From positions 4,316 through 36,315 of the forward strand of contig JAQVDW010000018.1 in NCBI GenBank assembly GCA_028698185.1: a stretch of DNA of 32,000 bases. Reading direction: 5' to 3'. The notes under the pieces are model-generated. The model worked only from the letters and a program-made list of their open reading frames with translations, was not told where the DNA came from and searched no databases. Shown one piece after another: positions 1 through 7,516 of the stretch (positions within the stretch are counted from its first letter, which is position 1; every line of letters starts with the position of its first letter). A program made the position numbers and the translations under genes. The DNA is from Erysipelotrichaceae bacterium (GTDB lineage Bacteria; Bacillota_I; Bacilli_A; Erysipelotrichales; Coprobacillaceae).

Positions 1-264
1 TTGCATGATGGCCGAAGAGGCATAGCGGATATTGATTATGGCGTCCGCTCCAAGAGCCTCGGCCTCGTAGACCATCCGTTTGGTCGCCAGGGCCCTGGCA
101 TCATCCATCATTTTGGTGTAGGCGGTAAGTTCCCCGCCGACCAGGGTCTTTAATCCCTGGGCGATATCATGACCCACGTTGCGGGTCTGGATTGTACTTC
201 CTTTGACAATCGACAAAGTTTCCAGCTCTTTTCCGGAAATGTAATCAGTATTTACCAAGATCAT
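1..264 (-). CDS. YbjQ/UPF0145-family protein (putative heavy-metal-binding domain); the 3' end runs off the window edge
   Basis: Hand translation of the minus strand from ATG 264-262 gives MILVNTDYISGKELETLSIVKGSTIQTRNVGHDIAQGLKTLVGGELTAYTKMMDDARALATKRMVYEAEALGADAIINIRYASSAIMQ... It has the family-typical GGE..Y...R..A..RM..EA..LGADAI pattern. A GGGTG Shine-Dalgarno lies upstream. It overlaps the upstream ORF by 20 nt. Confidence 0.75.
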   Translation of the reverse strand, partial: MILVNTDYISGKELETLSIVKGSTIQTRNVGHDIAQGLKTLVGGELTAYTKMMDDARALATKRMVYEAEALGADAIINIRYASSAIMQ

Positions 265-466
265 CAGTTTCACCCTTTCTTATTTCCTTGATTCTTTCTA
301 CTAATACATGGATGGCCCCAAAGCAGATTCCCAAGGCGGCCATATCCAGGAATATCTTTGCGAAAATGGACTCATCCAGACTGAAGCTAAGATACAGCAA
401 AAAACCCCCATAAAGACATACAATCGCCGTGATCGCTATTGGCGCGATGGTTTTTTTGAGTTTCAA
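245..466 (-). CDS. Small membrane protein (73 aa, two hydrophobic helices)
   Basis: ORF track. TTG start at 466-464 with AAGGAGGG a few nt upstream. Hydrophobic segments IAPIAITAIVCLYGGFLLYL and MAALGICFGAIHVLV. Appears to be operonic with its neighbours. Confidence 0.5.
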   Translation of the reverse strand: MKLKKTIAPIAITAIVCLYGGFLLYLSFSLDESIFAKIFLDMAALGICFGAIHVLVERIKEIRKGETDDLGKY

Positions 467-497
467 TGATAGCCCTCCTTGATTTTTACTCTGTTGG

Positions 498-803
498 TCA
501 GCTGTTCCATAAGAATTTGAATATCAACAGCCAGATTAAAACCAGGCCAATGAAAGTAGCCAGGGTTATTGTCAGGGAACTTTGCCAACCCTTTTGCGAA
601 TAAGCCTTGGCGATCTTCAGACCGGCAGGAATCCAGACGATCAGGAATATGACCGCGAACAGGCCGATGGTGCCGATGTACTCCATGGCGGGATAACCGA
701 AAATCTTCCCACCGCTGGTCATCTCGGGCAAAAACGGAATCATGATTGAGCTGACAAGCCAACCGATTGCAGCGATGGCCCAGCCCGGGTTTGGTTTCTT
801 CAT
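498..803 (-). CDS. Small integral membrane protein (101 aa, about 3 TM)
   Basis: Internal ATG at 803-801 (MKKPNPGWAIAAIGWL...) is preceded by GAAGGAA. The longer tracked ORF start has no ribosome binding site. Three hydrophobic stretches. Confidence 0.5.
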   Translation of the reverse strand: MKKPNPGWAIAAIGWLVSSIMIPFLPEMTSGGKIFGYPAMEYIGTIGLFAVIFLIVWIPAGLKIAKAYSQKGWQSSLTITLATFIGLVLIWLLIFKFLWNS

Positions 804-858
804 AGTGTTTTCCTTCTCTTGCTTCACTCCATCAATAAATACAAGAATTCCTACCTTA

Positions 859-887
859 AATTTAATCCTTTTAAACGGCTTTGTCAA
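859..887 (-). promoter_or_regulatory. Candidate sigma-A promoter for the membrane-protein/ybjQ operon
   Basis: Minus strand reads TTGACA (887-882), 17 nt, TAAATT (864-859). Confidence 0.4.
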
Positions 888-1051
888 TCGGTTGAAGTGG
901 GGATTAAAAGTGGTCTAACAGTGGTTTCGCCATTAAACATACGTGAAATGGATTTTGGTCAATGTCATTGATTTTAAGCGCACAGGTTCATTTTCCGGGC
1001 AACAAAAGAAGGCAAAAGTGTAAAAATCATCGTTTCCTATGTGCGATTCAT

Positions 1052-1080
1052 TTGACATTGGCGGGACTTGCGGTTATAAT
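1052..1080 (+). promoter_or_regulatory. Consensus sigma-A promoter upstream of the carbonic anhydrase gene
   Basis: TTGACA (1052-1057), 17 nt, TATAAT (1075-1080). The start codon lies 47 nt downstream. Confidence 0.75.
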
Positions 1081-1126
1081 TCTTGAAGTTTATACGAAAA
1101 ATCTAATCAACTTAGGAAGAAATGTA

Positions 1127-1669
1127 ATGATCGAAGAAATTTTAAAATTCAATGAAGCATTTGTAGCCAAAGAAGAATATGTCAAGTATGCCACAAGCAA
1201 GTATCCAGACAAGAAAATTGCGATTGTCTCATGCATGGATGCCCGGCTTACTGAACTTTTGCCTGCGGCTCTTGGTCTTAAGAACGGTGATGCCAAGCTG
1301 ATCAAGAATGCCGGTGGGATCATCTCCCATCCATTTGGAAGTGCCATTCGCAGTTTGCTTATCGCCATCTACGAACTCGATGTTGAGGAGATCCTAGTCA
1401 TTGGCCACACCGACTGCGGCGCGCGCCATACCGACAGCAAAGTGATGATCGAAAAGATGAAGGAAAAGGGAATCAGTCAGAAAAACATCGACCTGGTGAA
1501 ATATTTCGGAGTCGATTTTGAAAAATGGTTAGGCGGCTTCAACGATGTCGATGCCACCGTTATCAACTCGGTCGAGACCATCCGCAACCATCCGCTGATC
1601 ACCAAGGACATCAAGGTATATGGGTTTGTCATCGATTCTTATACCGGAAAAATGACCAAAGTCATCTAA
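1127..1669 (+). CDS. Beta-class carbonic anhydrase
   Basis: MIEEILKFNEAFV... with the zinc-ligand motifs SCMDARL (C-x-D-x-R) and GHTDCG (H-x-x-C). ATG 1127 is preceded by AGGAAGA. The upstream part of the tracked ORF overlaps the promoter. Confidence 0.85.
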   Translation: MIEEILKFNEAFVAKEEYVKYATSKYPDKKIAIVSCMDARLTELLPAALGLKNGDAKLIKNAGGIISHPFGSAIRSLLIAIYELDVEEILVIGHTDCGARHTDSKVMIEKMKEKGISQKNIDLVKYFGVDFEKWLGGFNDVDATVINSVETIRNHPLITKDIKVYGFVIDSYTGKMTKVI

Positions 1670-1711
1670 TTGTTAACTGTAAAATATGACCAACCGATCG
1701 GTGGACTTGAA

Positions 1712-1755
1712 AAATCCGCAGGAAACCCATACCGAGTGTTCCTGCGGATTTTTTA
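1712..1755. terminator. Bidirectional Rho-independent terminator between convergent genes
   Basis: Stem ATCCGCAGGAA / TTCCTGCGGAT, flanked by an A-run and a T-run (aaaaATCCGCAGGAA...TTCCTGCGGATtttttt). Confidence 0.75.
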
Positions 1756-1789
1756 ATACAACTTATTCGCTTCTATGATGATGTTGGAG

Positions 1790-2614
1790 CTAACCTAGGG
1801 CCACATCCAAAACCATCATGACTGCAAAACCGACCAGGCAGCCAATGGTGGCGATATCGGTATTGGAACCACCCTTTTCCCGCTGTGCTTCGGGAATCAG
1901 TTCCTCGACGACCACATAGATCATCGCCCCGGCGGCAAAGGCCAAGGCATAAGGAAGCATCTGTTGCATCCTGACTACGGCGATGGCTCCGATGACCCCG
2001 GCAATGGGCTCGACAATTCCTGATGCCTGGCCATAGAGGAATGATTTGAAACGGCTGAAGCCTTCCCGGCGCAATGGGATGGATACTGCAGCCCCCTCGG
2101 GGAAGTTCTGCAGCCCGATTCCGATGGCCAATGCGACTGCTCCGGATATCGAAGCGGTAGTTCCGATGCCTGCCGCCACCGCGCCAAAAGCGACGCCAAC
2201 CGCCAACCCTTCTGGAATGTTGTGCAGGGTTATCGCCAGCACAAGCAGGACGCTTCGCTGCCAGTTTGTTTTGATCCCTTCGGCCTGGGAAGTGTTGAGG
2301 CCCATATGGAGATGGGGCAGCAGGTTGTCGATCACATACAGGAAAGCTCCTCCTAAAAGAAAACCGGTGGCTGCCGTGATATAGGCGACTTGTCCGAGTT
2401 CGGTGGCCATCTCGATGCTTGGGGCCAGAAGCGACCAGAAGCTCGCCGCGACCATTACCCCGGCGGCAAATCCCAACATGGCGTTGAGGACTGTTTTGTT
2501 GATGACTTTGAAAAAGAATACCATGGCGGCTCCCAGCGCGGTGACCCCCCAGGTGAAAAGTGTAGCGAACAGTGCCTGTTGAAACGGACTGAACTGGCTG
2601 ATCCATTGAATCAT
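1790..2614 (-). CDS. ZIP-family (GufA/ZupT-like) divalent metal transporter
   Basis: [34 protein letters not shown]..., polytopic, with the [10 protein letters not shown] and [13 protein letters not shown] signature helices. ATG 2614 is preceded by AAGGAGGGG. Confidence 0.85.
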   Translation of the reverse strand: MIQWISQFSPFQQALFATLFTWGVTALGAAMVFFFKVINKTVLNAMLGFAAGVMVAASFWSLLAPSIEMATELGQVAYITAATGFLLGGAFLYVIDNLLPHLHMGLNTSQAEGIKTNWQRSVLLVLAITLHNIPEGLAVGVAFGAVAAGIGTTASISGAVALAIGIGLQNFPEGAAVSIPLRREGFSRFKSFLYGQASGIVEPIAGVIGAIAVVRMQQMLPYALAFAAGAMIYVVVEELIPEAQREKGGSNTDIATIGCLVGFAVMMVLDVALG

Positions 2615-2915
2615 ATATTTCCCCTCCTTGTATATGTGTCGAATATGATCGTTTTTTATCATTTTACCTTTTCGGGTTTGGGAATTCAAGAAATGTGCTA
2701 GTGAAATTACAGTTGCCAGCATCGGTGGCTTTATTTTATTGTTATCCGACGATTGTGGCAGCGATTATCAAGAACTTTCTGGAATATGACAACTTGAAAC
2801 AATCCGGGAAAAGTAAATGGTGCTTCCTGCAAACACAAAGAGACACCGAATTCCTAGGTTGGACATGCCTCCTTTTTGATGGTTCAATCCGCAACAGTTT
2901 GCCATGTTGCGCGTT

Positions 2916-4052
2916 TTACAGCCTGGTGACCATCCGGATCGCAAAGATAAGCCGGTTCATGGGGGATGGATTGATTACGATGGCTTTTTTCGGGCAGACC
3001 GACATGCAGTAGTAGCAGCTGATGCAGCGTTTTTGATCGATGGCTATCCTGCCATCCTTCAAAGTTATGGCGTTGACGGGGCAGGATGGAATGCACTCAA
3101 GGCACCCGTTGCACTTGCTTTGTCTTACCTTGAGGTTGACGAAAGTCTTGGTCACAAATATGCTGCTGTTGTTGTAGGGCAGGTCAAGCGGGGTCTTGAT
3201 CAGTTTGGCAAAAAGAAACTGCGGACATTGTCCGATGACCTGGATGTCATCTTCACTCTTGATCATGCCCCTTTTGATGGCCTGGATGAAAACGGGGATC
3301 TCATCCACATTGTAACCGATCATCTTGGCGGCGACGAAGTCGAGGGCGGCGGGATTTCTCGAGGCGAGGACGACTCCGGTAGCTACGGGTTTGCCCAGGG
3401 CGGTCGGTCCTCCGTCAAGGCTGAATATCGCGTCCATTACCGAAAGGGTCGGCTTGATGTTTTGGTGGATGTCGATGAAAACGTCCCCCAGCTCGAATTC
3501 GCTGTTTACCCACTGGTGGATTTTCTGCTTGTAGCCTCCGGGCAGACAGCCGAACATGTTCTTGATGGCTCCCGAAAACCGGGTGGCGCTGTGGGTCTTG
3601 AGCTTGCAGGCATCGATGATCAGATCGACTTCGCTTAAAATCGCGGGCATGTACAATTCCCGCAGTCCGTCCGGCCGGTCAGGACCTATGTCAATCTTCG
3701 CCAGCCGGCATTTTTCGAATTCGACCAGGCGGGCCTGATACTTTCTGGCGACTTTATCGATTTTCGAGGTCACGAATGCCTTTTTGGTCAGACCCCGCTG
3801 GAAAAAGGCAATAGATTCGCCGATATAGATCTCGTTGTTTCTTTCCTGGCAGAGCCGGCACAGGGCATCGATCAGGGCATAATGGGTGATCGTATGCTGG
3901 TTTGGGCTGTTCTGGGACACGAGATTGGGTTTTATCAGAATCTTCTTGTTTTCCGGCAGCTCGAAGCCGATATCTTCGATGGCCTTTTTGACGGCAAGGT
4001 AGACGGCTTCCAGTTCATAAGTGGGGCAACTGACAATTGATACTTGTTCCAT
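2916..4052 (-). CDS. DUF362-domain protein with a C-terminal 2x[4Fe-4S] ferredoxin domain
   Basis: N-terminal and central region typical of DUF362 (KILIKPNL..., KLKTHSATRFSGAIKNMFGC). Two CxxCxxCxxxCP motifs (CNGCLECIPSCP, CISCYYCMSVCP). GGAGGAAA ribosome binding site. Confidence 0.8.
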   Translation of the reverse strand: MEQVSIVSCPTYELEAVYLAVKKAIEDIGFELPENKKILIKPNLVSQNSPNQHTITHYALIDALCRLCQERNNEIYIGESIAFFQRGLTKKAFVTSKIDKVARKYQARLVEFEKCRLAKIDIGPDRPDGLRELYMPAILSEVDLIIDACKLKTHSATRFSGAIKNMFGCLPGGYKQKIHQWVNSEFELGDVFIDIHQNIKPTLSVMDAIFSLDGGPTALGKPVATGVVLASRNPAALDFVAAKMIGYNVDEIPVFIQAIKRGMIKSEDDIQVIGQCPQFLFAKLIKTPLDLPYNNSSIFVTKTFVNLKVRQSKCNGCLECIPSCPVNAITLKDGRIAIDQKRCISCYYCMSVCPKKAIVINPSPMNRLIFAIRMVTRL

Positions 4053-4090
4053 TGGATTTCCTCCATTCCCTTGATGGTTCCTCTACAATC

Positions 4091-4119
4091 AGTGTAGCAC
4101 TTCCAGCCTGTTTTCTCAA
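4091..4119 (-). promoter_or_regulatory. Candidate promoter of the DUF362 gene
   Basis: Minus strand reads TTGAGA (4119-4114), 17 nt, TGcTACACT extended -10 (hexamer 4096-4091). Confidence 0.5.
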
Positions 4120-4633
4120 TTTATTTGATGGCTCATATCGCCCGTCAATAACATGTAAAAAAGCCGGGAATAGTCAAAGGCTGGATGTGACAAGGTGTTC
4201 ACTGCTGCCGGTTTTTAAGCCGACAATTCGCTAGAAGAAGCGTTGGAAGAACTTTGCGATGATATTTCATGAATCGTAGATACAATCGCTCCAGAAAAGG
4301 TCCTGACCGCTGTCCATAAAGAGTATCGTGCAATTCGGGTAATGGAATAATATGTTGAAGGATTTGTAACTGTAATCAGTATCAAATCAATCTGTCAATG
4401 GGGTGAATTTTGGATTTGGAACGATGCGGCCACGCTGCGTCCTTTTTAATCGCTTTGATAAACGGCTTTATTTTCTGGAATTGAGGATAAAAAAACATCA
4501 AGAAACTTTAAGAAAGCCTTGGATAATATTGTTGGAATATCAATATTAGGCAGTATGGTAGTGGCTGGTATAATAATTGCTATCGTACTACCTGCTTATC
4601 ATGCATTTATAAAAAAATAGGTTTTGCTAGTAG

Positions 4634-4657
4634 AAGTCATGTAATTATGACTTTTTT
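4634..4657 (+). terminator. Rho-independent terminator-like hairpin at the left edge of the AT-rich islet
   Basis: AAGTCAT gtaatt ATGACTT followed by TTTTT. Confidence 0.5.
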
Positions 4658-4750
4658 AATTTTATGTCGGATTGAACCAAATTTTTCTAATTGTCGTCTA
4701 CTATATGTGCCTAATTCAAGCGTAAAAATGTAATATATTTAATTTATGTA

Positions 4751-4779
4751 TTGAAAAAATGTAACATTATATATAAAAT
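4751..4779 (+). promoter_or_regulatory. Candidate promoter of the retron ncRNA-RT transcript
   Basis: TTGAAA (4751-4756), 17 nt, TAAAAT (4774-4779). The predicted start is about 4786-4787, which coincides with the left inverted repeat. Confidence 0.55.
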
Positions 4780-4786
4780 AAATGTA

Positions 4787-4915
4787 GCGCATGGCCAGAT
4801 TTTTCGTTTGTGTTTCGCAAATGTTGAAAATAATGTTGGGCAGAATTGCTCCTTATATAACGCTTACGGTTATACTTGTATATACGTATCATTAGCATAT
4901 TGAGTGGCCATGCGC
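4787..4915 (+). ncRNA. Candidate retron msr-msd non-coding RNA bounded by a1/a2 inverted repeats
   Basis: GCGCATGGCCA (4787-4797) is the perfect reverse complement of TGGCCATGCGC (4905-4915). It sits directly between the promoter and the RT ribosome binding site. Internal short hairpins are present, and G4798 follows a1. Confidence 0.6.
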
Positions 4916-4932
4916 CTAATGGGTGGAAATTT

Positions 4933-6597
4933 ATGAACAAACTATATAAAGTAAAGACTAAAAGAGATTTGGCAGATGCTCTTGGGATCCCGTATAGAAA
5001 ACTAACGTATATGCTCTACATATATAAAATTGAAAACTTCTATGAATCGTTTGAAATTGATAAGAAATCTGGCGGAAAAAGAAGGATAAACGCCCCAAGA
5101 GGAGACTTGCTTGACTTACAAAGACAACTGGCAATGATGCTCGCCGATGTGTATGATAATATAAACGAAAACTGTCGAACTTTTTCGAACATTTCTCATG
5201 GATTTGAAAAAAGAAAAAGCATTATCACTAATGCAAAAATGCATAAAAACAAACGTTATGTTCTTAATTTGGATATAAGTGATTATTTTGATAGTTTCAG
5301 TTTTGCAAGGGTTATGGGGTTTTTTATAAAAAATTCCAATTTTGAAATGTCAATTGAAGCGGCAACAGTGCTTGCACAATTAACTTGTTATGAAGGTAAA
5401 TTACCCCAGGGAGCTCCAACCTCGCCCATTATTTCAAATATGATTTGTAGGATATTAGATTTGCGAATAGCAAAGATTTGTAAGAGAAATAAAGTTGTGT
5501 ATTCTAGGTATGCTGATGACTTAACTATCTCTACTAACAATAAATACTTCATTGAAAATTATGAAGATTTTGTATCTAAACTTAGAGATGAAATTGAGAG
5601 ATTTGGATTATCTATAAATGAAAAAAAGACTCGATTGTTAACTAACTACGCGAGGCAAGAAGTCACGGGTCTTGTTGTAAATAGAAAGATAAGCATAAAA
5701 AGAGAGTATTGTAAAGATACTAGAGCTATGCTTCATCAATTATTGAAAACTGGCGATTTTTTAATAGATAAACATCCAGGAACAATAAGGCAGTTAGAAG
5801 GCAGATTTGCGTTTATCAATCAGATTGATTGGTACAATAATAGTTTTGATGGCAATGATCATGGTTTATATAAACTTAATTCTAGAGAGCGTCAATACCA
5901 AAAATTCTTGTTCTATAAATATTTTTACGCTAATGATATGCCTTTAGTTGTTACTGAAGGGAAAACGGATATAATTTATCTTAAGGCGGCCTTGAGAAAA
6001 TACCACAAAAAGTACCCATCATTAATAGAAATGAATAACGGAACGTATAGATACAAGGTTTCTTTTTTGAAAAAGAGCAAACGAATTAGATATTTTTTAG
6101 GTTTTCAGCTTGACGGAGCAGACTCGATGATAAAGATATACAAATACTATACTAAAGGTGGGAATTGTCCGAATTATTTTGAAATTATTAGTAAATTGAG
6201 CAAAAATGGACCATCTAACCCAGTGATATTACTATTTGATAATGAGCCTCAAAAAAATAAGCCATACTGTAAATTTAGACAAGAGGCAAAATTAAAAAAC
6301 AGCCCTCCAGATAATACTAATTTGTCGGATAAACTAGAAGGTAATTTGTATCTTCTAACTGTCCCTATGATGCAAGGAAAATGCGAGAGTGAGATGGAAG
6401 ATTTATTTCATGATTCGGTTCTTGAGGTTAAGATTGGTAGTAAAGAATTTAGTCGAGATCCGCACGCTGATTCTAGTAAATATTTCGGTAAGACTAAATT
6501 CGCCGAATATGTTCATAAAAATTTCGAAAATATTGATTTCTCAAATTTTGTGCCACTACTTGATGAATTGAATGATATAGTTATGAAATTTGAATGA
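4933..6597 (+). CDS. Retron-type reverse transcriptase fused to a C-terminal Toprim-like domain (Ec67/Retron-Eco2-like)
   Basis: Motifs NAKMH (NAxxH), LPQGAPTSP, YSRYADDLTIS and RQEVTGLVVN (VTG). The C-terminal part has VVTEGKTDIIYLKAAL, VILLFDNE and SEMEDLF. ATG 4933 is preceded by GGGTGG. The tracked TTG start at 4876 would overlap the a2 repeat. Confidence 0.85.
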   Translation: MNKLYKVKTKRDLADALGIPYRKLTYMLYIYKIENFYESFEIDKKSGGKRRINAPRGDLLDLQRQLAMMLADVYDNINENCRTFSNISHGFEKRKSIITNAKMHKNKRYVLNLDISDYFDSFSFARVMGFFIKNSNFEMSIEAATVLAQLTCYEGKLPQGAPTSPIISNMICRILDLRIAKICKRNKVVYSRYADDLTISTNNKYFIENYEDFVSKLRDEIERFGLSINEKKTRLLTNYARQEVTGLVVNRKISIKREYCKDTRAMLHQLLKTGDFLIDKHPGTIRQLEGRFAFINQIDWYNNSFDGNDHGLYKLNSRERQYQKFLFYKYFYANDMPLVVTEGKTDIIYLKAALRKYHKKYPSLIEMNNGTYRYKVSFLKKSKRIRYFLGFQLDGADSMIKIYKYYTKGGNCPNYFEIISKLSKNGPSNPVILLFDNEPQKNKPYCKFRQEAKLKNSPPDNTNLSDKLEGNLYLLTVPMMQGKCESEMEDLFHDSVLEVKIGSKEFSRDPHADSSKYFGKTKFAEYVHKNFENIDFSNFVPLLDELNDIVMKFE

Positions 6598-6840
6598 CCG
6601 CATGCCTCAGGTTGAAAATTCCAGTAGTGATATATCGAGATTTGGTAGTTCAAAAATCCAACTAATTTCTACATTTCAGATCATATATCTTCTTTTCGCG
6701 AACCAAAAGTGATGCATACTGTGTTTTATGGGCATTTAAATTATGAAATGTGATTATTAAAATTTCAATACGAATTACTTTTCCAGAAGCAGCACTTAAT
6801 TACTTTTTAACTAGAATCGATTAGCAAGTAATGGGTGGTT

Positions 6841-7107
6841 ATAACAAGTAGACTTATATTGAATATGATAACTTTTGTTTTAGGTGCTAAGAAAGAAGAA
6901 ACTTATCAGGAAAAATGAATGTTAACCTATTTGTTTAGGAAGGACTTGTCCTTGGAAGAACAATGCACTAGACCTATGATTATGTTAAAAGGGGGAATGT
7001 CGATGATTATTAGAGGATTTATCACTGGTTTACAAAGAATTTGTTTTAATGGCATTTCAATTAATCTTGGCCCTATAGGATTTAATTTTGCTAGTAGTTC
7101 TTCCTAA
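6841..7107 (+). pseudogene. Possible fossil of a second retron RT N-terminus (one in-frame TGA, truncated)
   Basis: The frame from 6841 reads ...VLGAKKEETYQEK*MLTYLFRKDLSLEEQCTRPMIMLKGGMSMIIRGFITGLQRICF... It aligns by eye to the intact RT segment KLTYMLY...KKSGGKRRINAPRGDLLDLQRQL. It is preceded by TAATGGGTGG (6829-6838), identical to the intact RT's SD region (4917-4926). Confidence 0.4.
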
Positions 7108-7209
7108 ATGAATAATAATGTTTGTATCTAATTTTGCAATCTAAACATCTTTTCGATATTTTCGTCAGTCAACGTACTCTGTTACTATCAAAATCAATAT
7201 TTTATTAAC

Positions 7210-7364
7210 TTAATACATTCCTGAATCGCCCAGATCGGCAGTTCTATTATGCACTAAATAATCGCATACTGGATGATCACTTGCTGCATCGTTCTGGATC
7301 AGTGCCAGGATCTCCAACGCTGATTTCAACGAAGTCACAAAGAAATATTCATTTTTTTGTCCAT
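7210..7364 (-). pseudogene. Small ORF with a strong ribosome binding site, interrupted at an A7 homopolymer
   Basis: GGAGGTGATAGC-ATG (7364-7362) gives MDKKMNISL* in frame. After the A7 run (7358-7352) the -1 frame stays open to 7210 (..NEYFFVTSLKSALEILALIQNDAASDHPVCDYLVHNRTADLGDSGMY*). Confidence 0.3.
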
Positions 7365-7516
7365 GCTATCACCTCCATTCAAAAGTACATACTTAGTGGG
7401 AGGTGATTTTACTTTTAATTTTATAAATACAAGGTATAAGTAATAAGATATATCTATATACATATTGGTCTAATGTGGTTAAAATGGAGTTAGATGATTA
7501 AAGAAAGGGAATTTAC

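Noticed and set aside
1773-3638. A 277-aa ORF (1773-2606) in an alternative frame of the ZIP gene, and a 244-aa ORF (2904-3638) antisense to the DUF362 gene.
   Set aside because: The products are Arg/Gly/His-rich nonsense. The real genes on the other frame or strand have family motifs and good ribosome binding sites.
2916-4052. The DUF362/ferredoxin protein as a possible sulfatase-maturating radical SAM enzyme.
   Set aside because: It has no CxxxCxxC radical-SAM motif, only two ferredoxin-type CxxCxxCxxxCP clusters. It is also 21 kb away from the sulfatase.
4876-4932. The TTG-initiated N-terminal extension of the RT ORF given by the ORF track.
   Set aside because: It would run through the a2 inverted repeat and has no ribosome binding site. 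ATG 4933 has a GGGTGG SD and gives the typical retron RT N-terminus.
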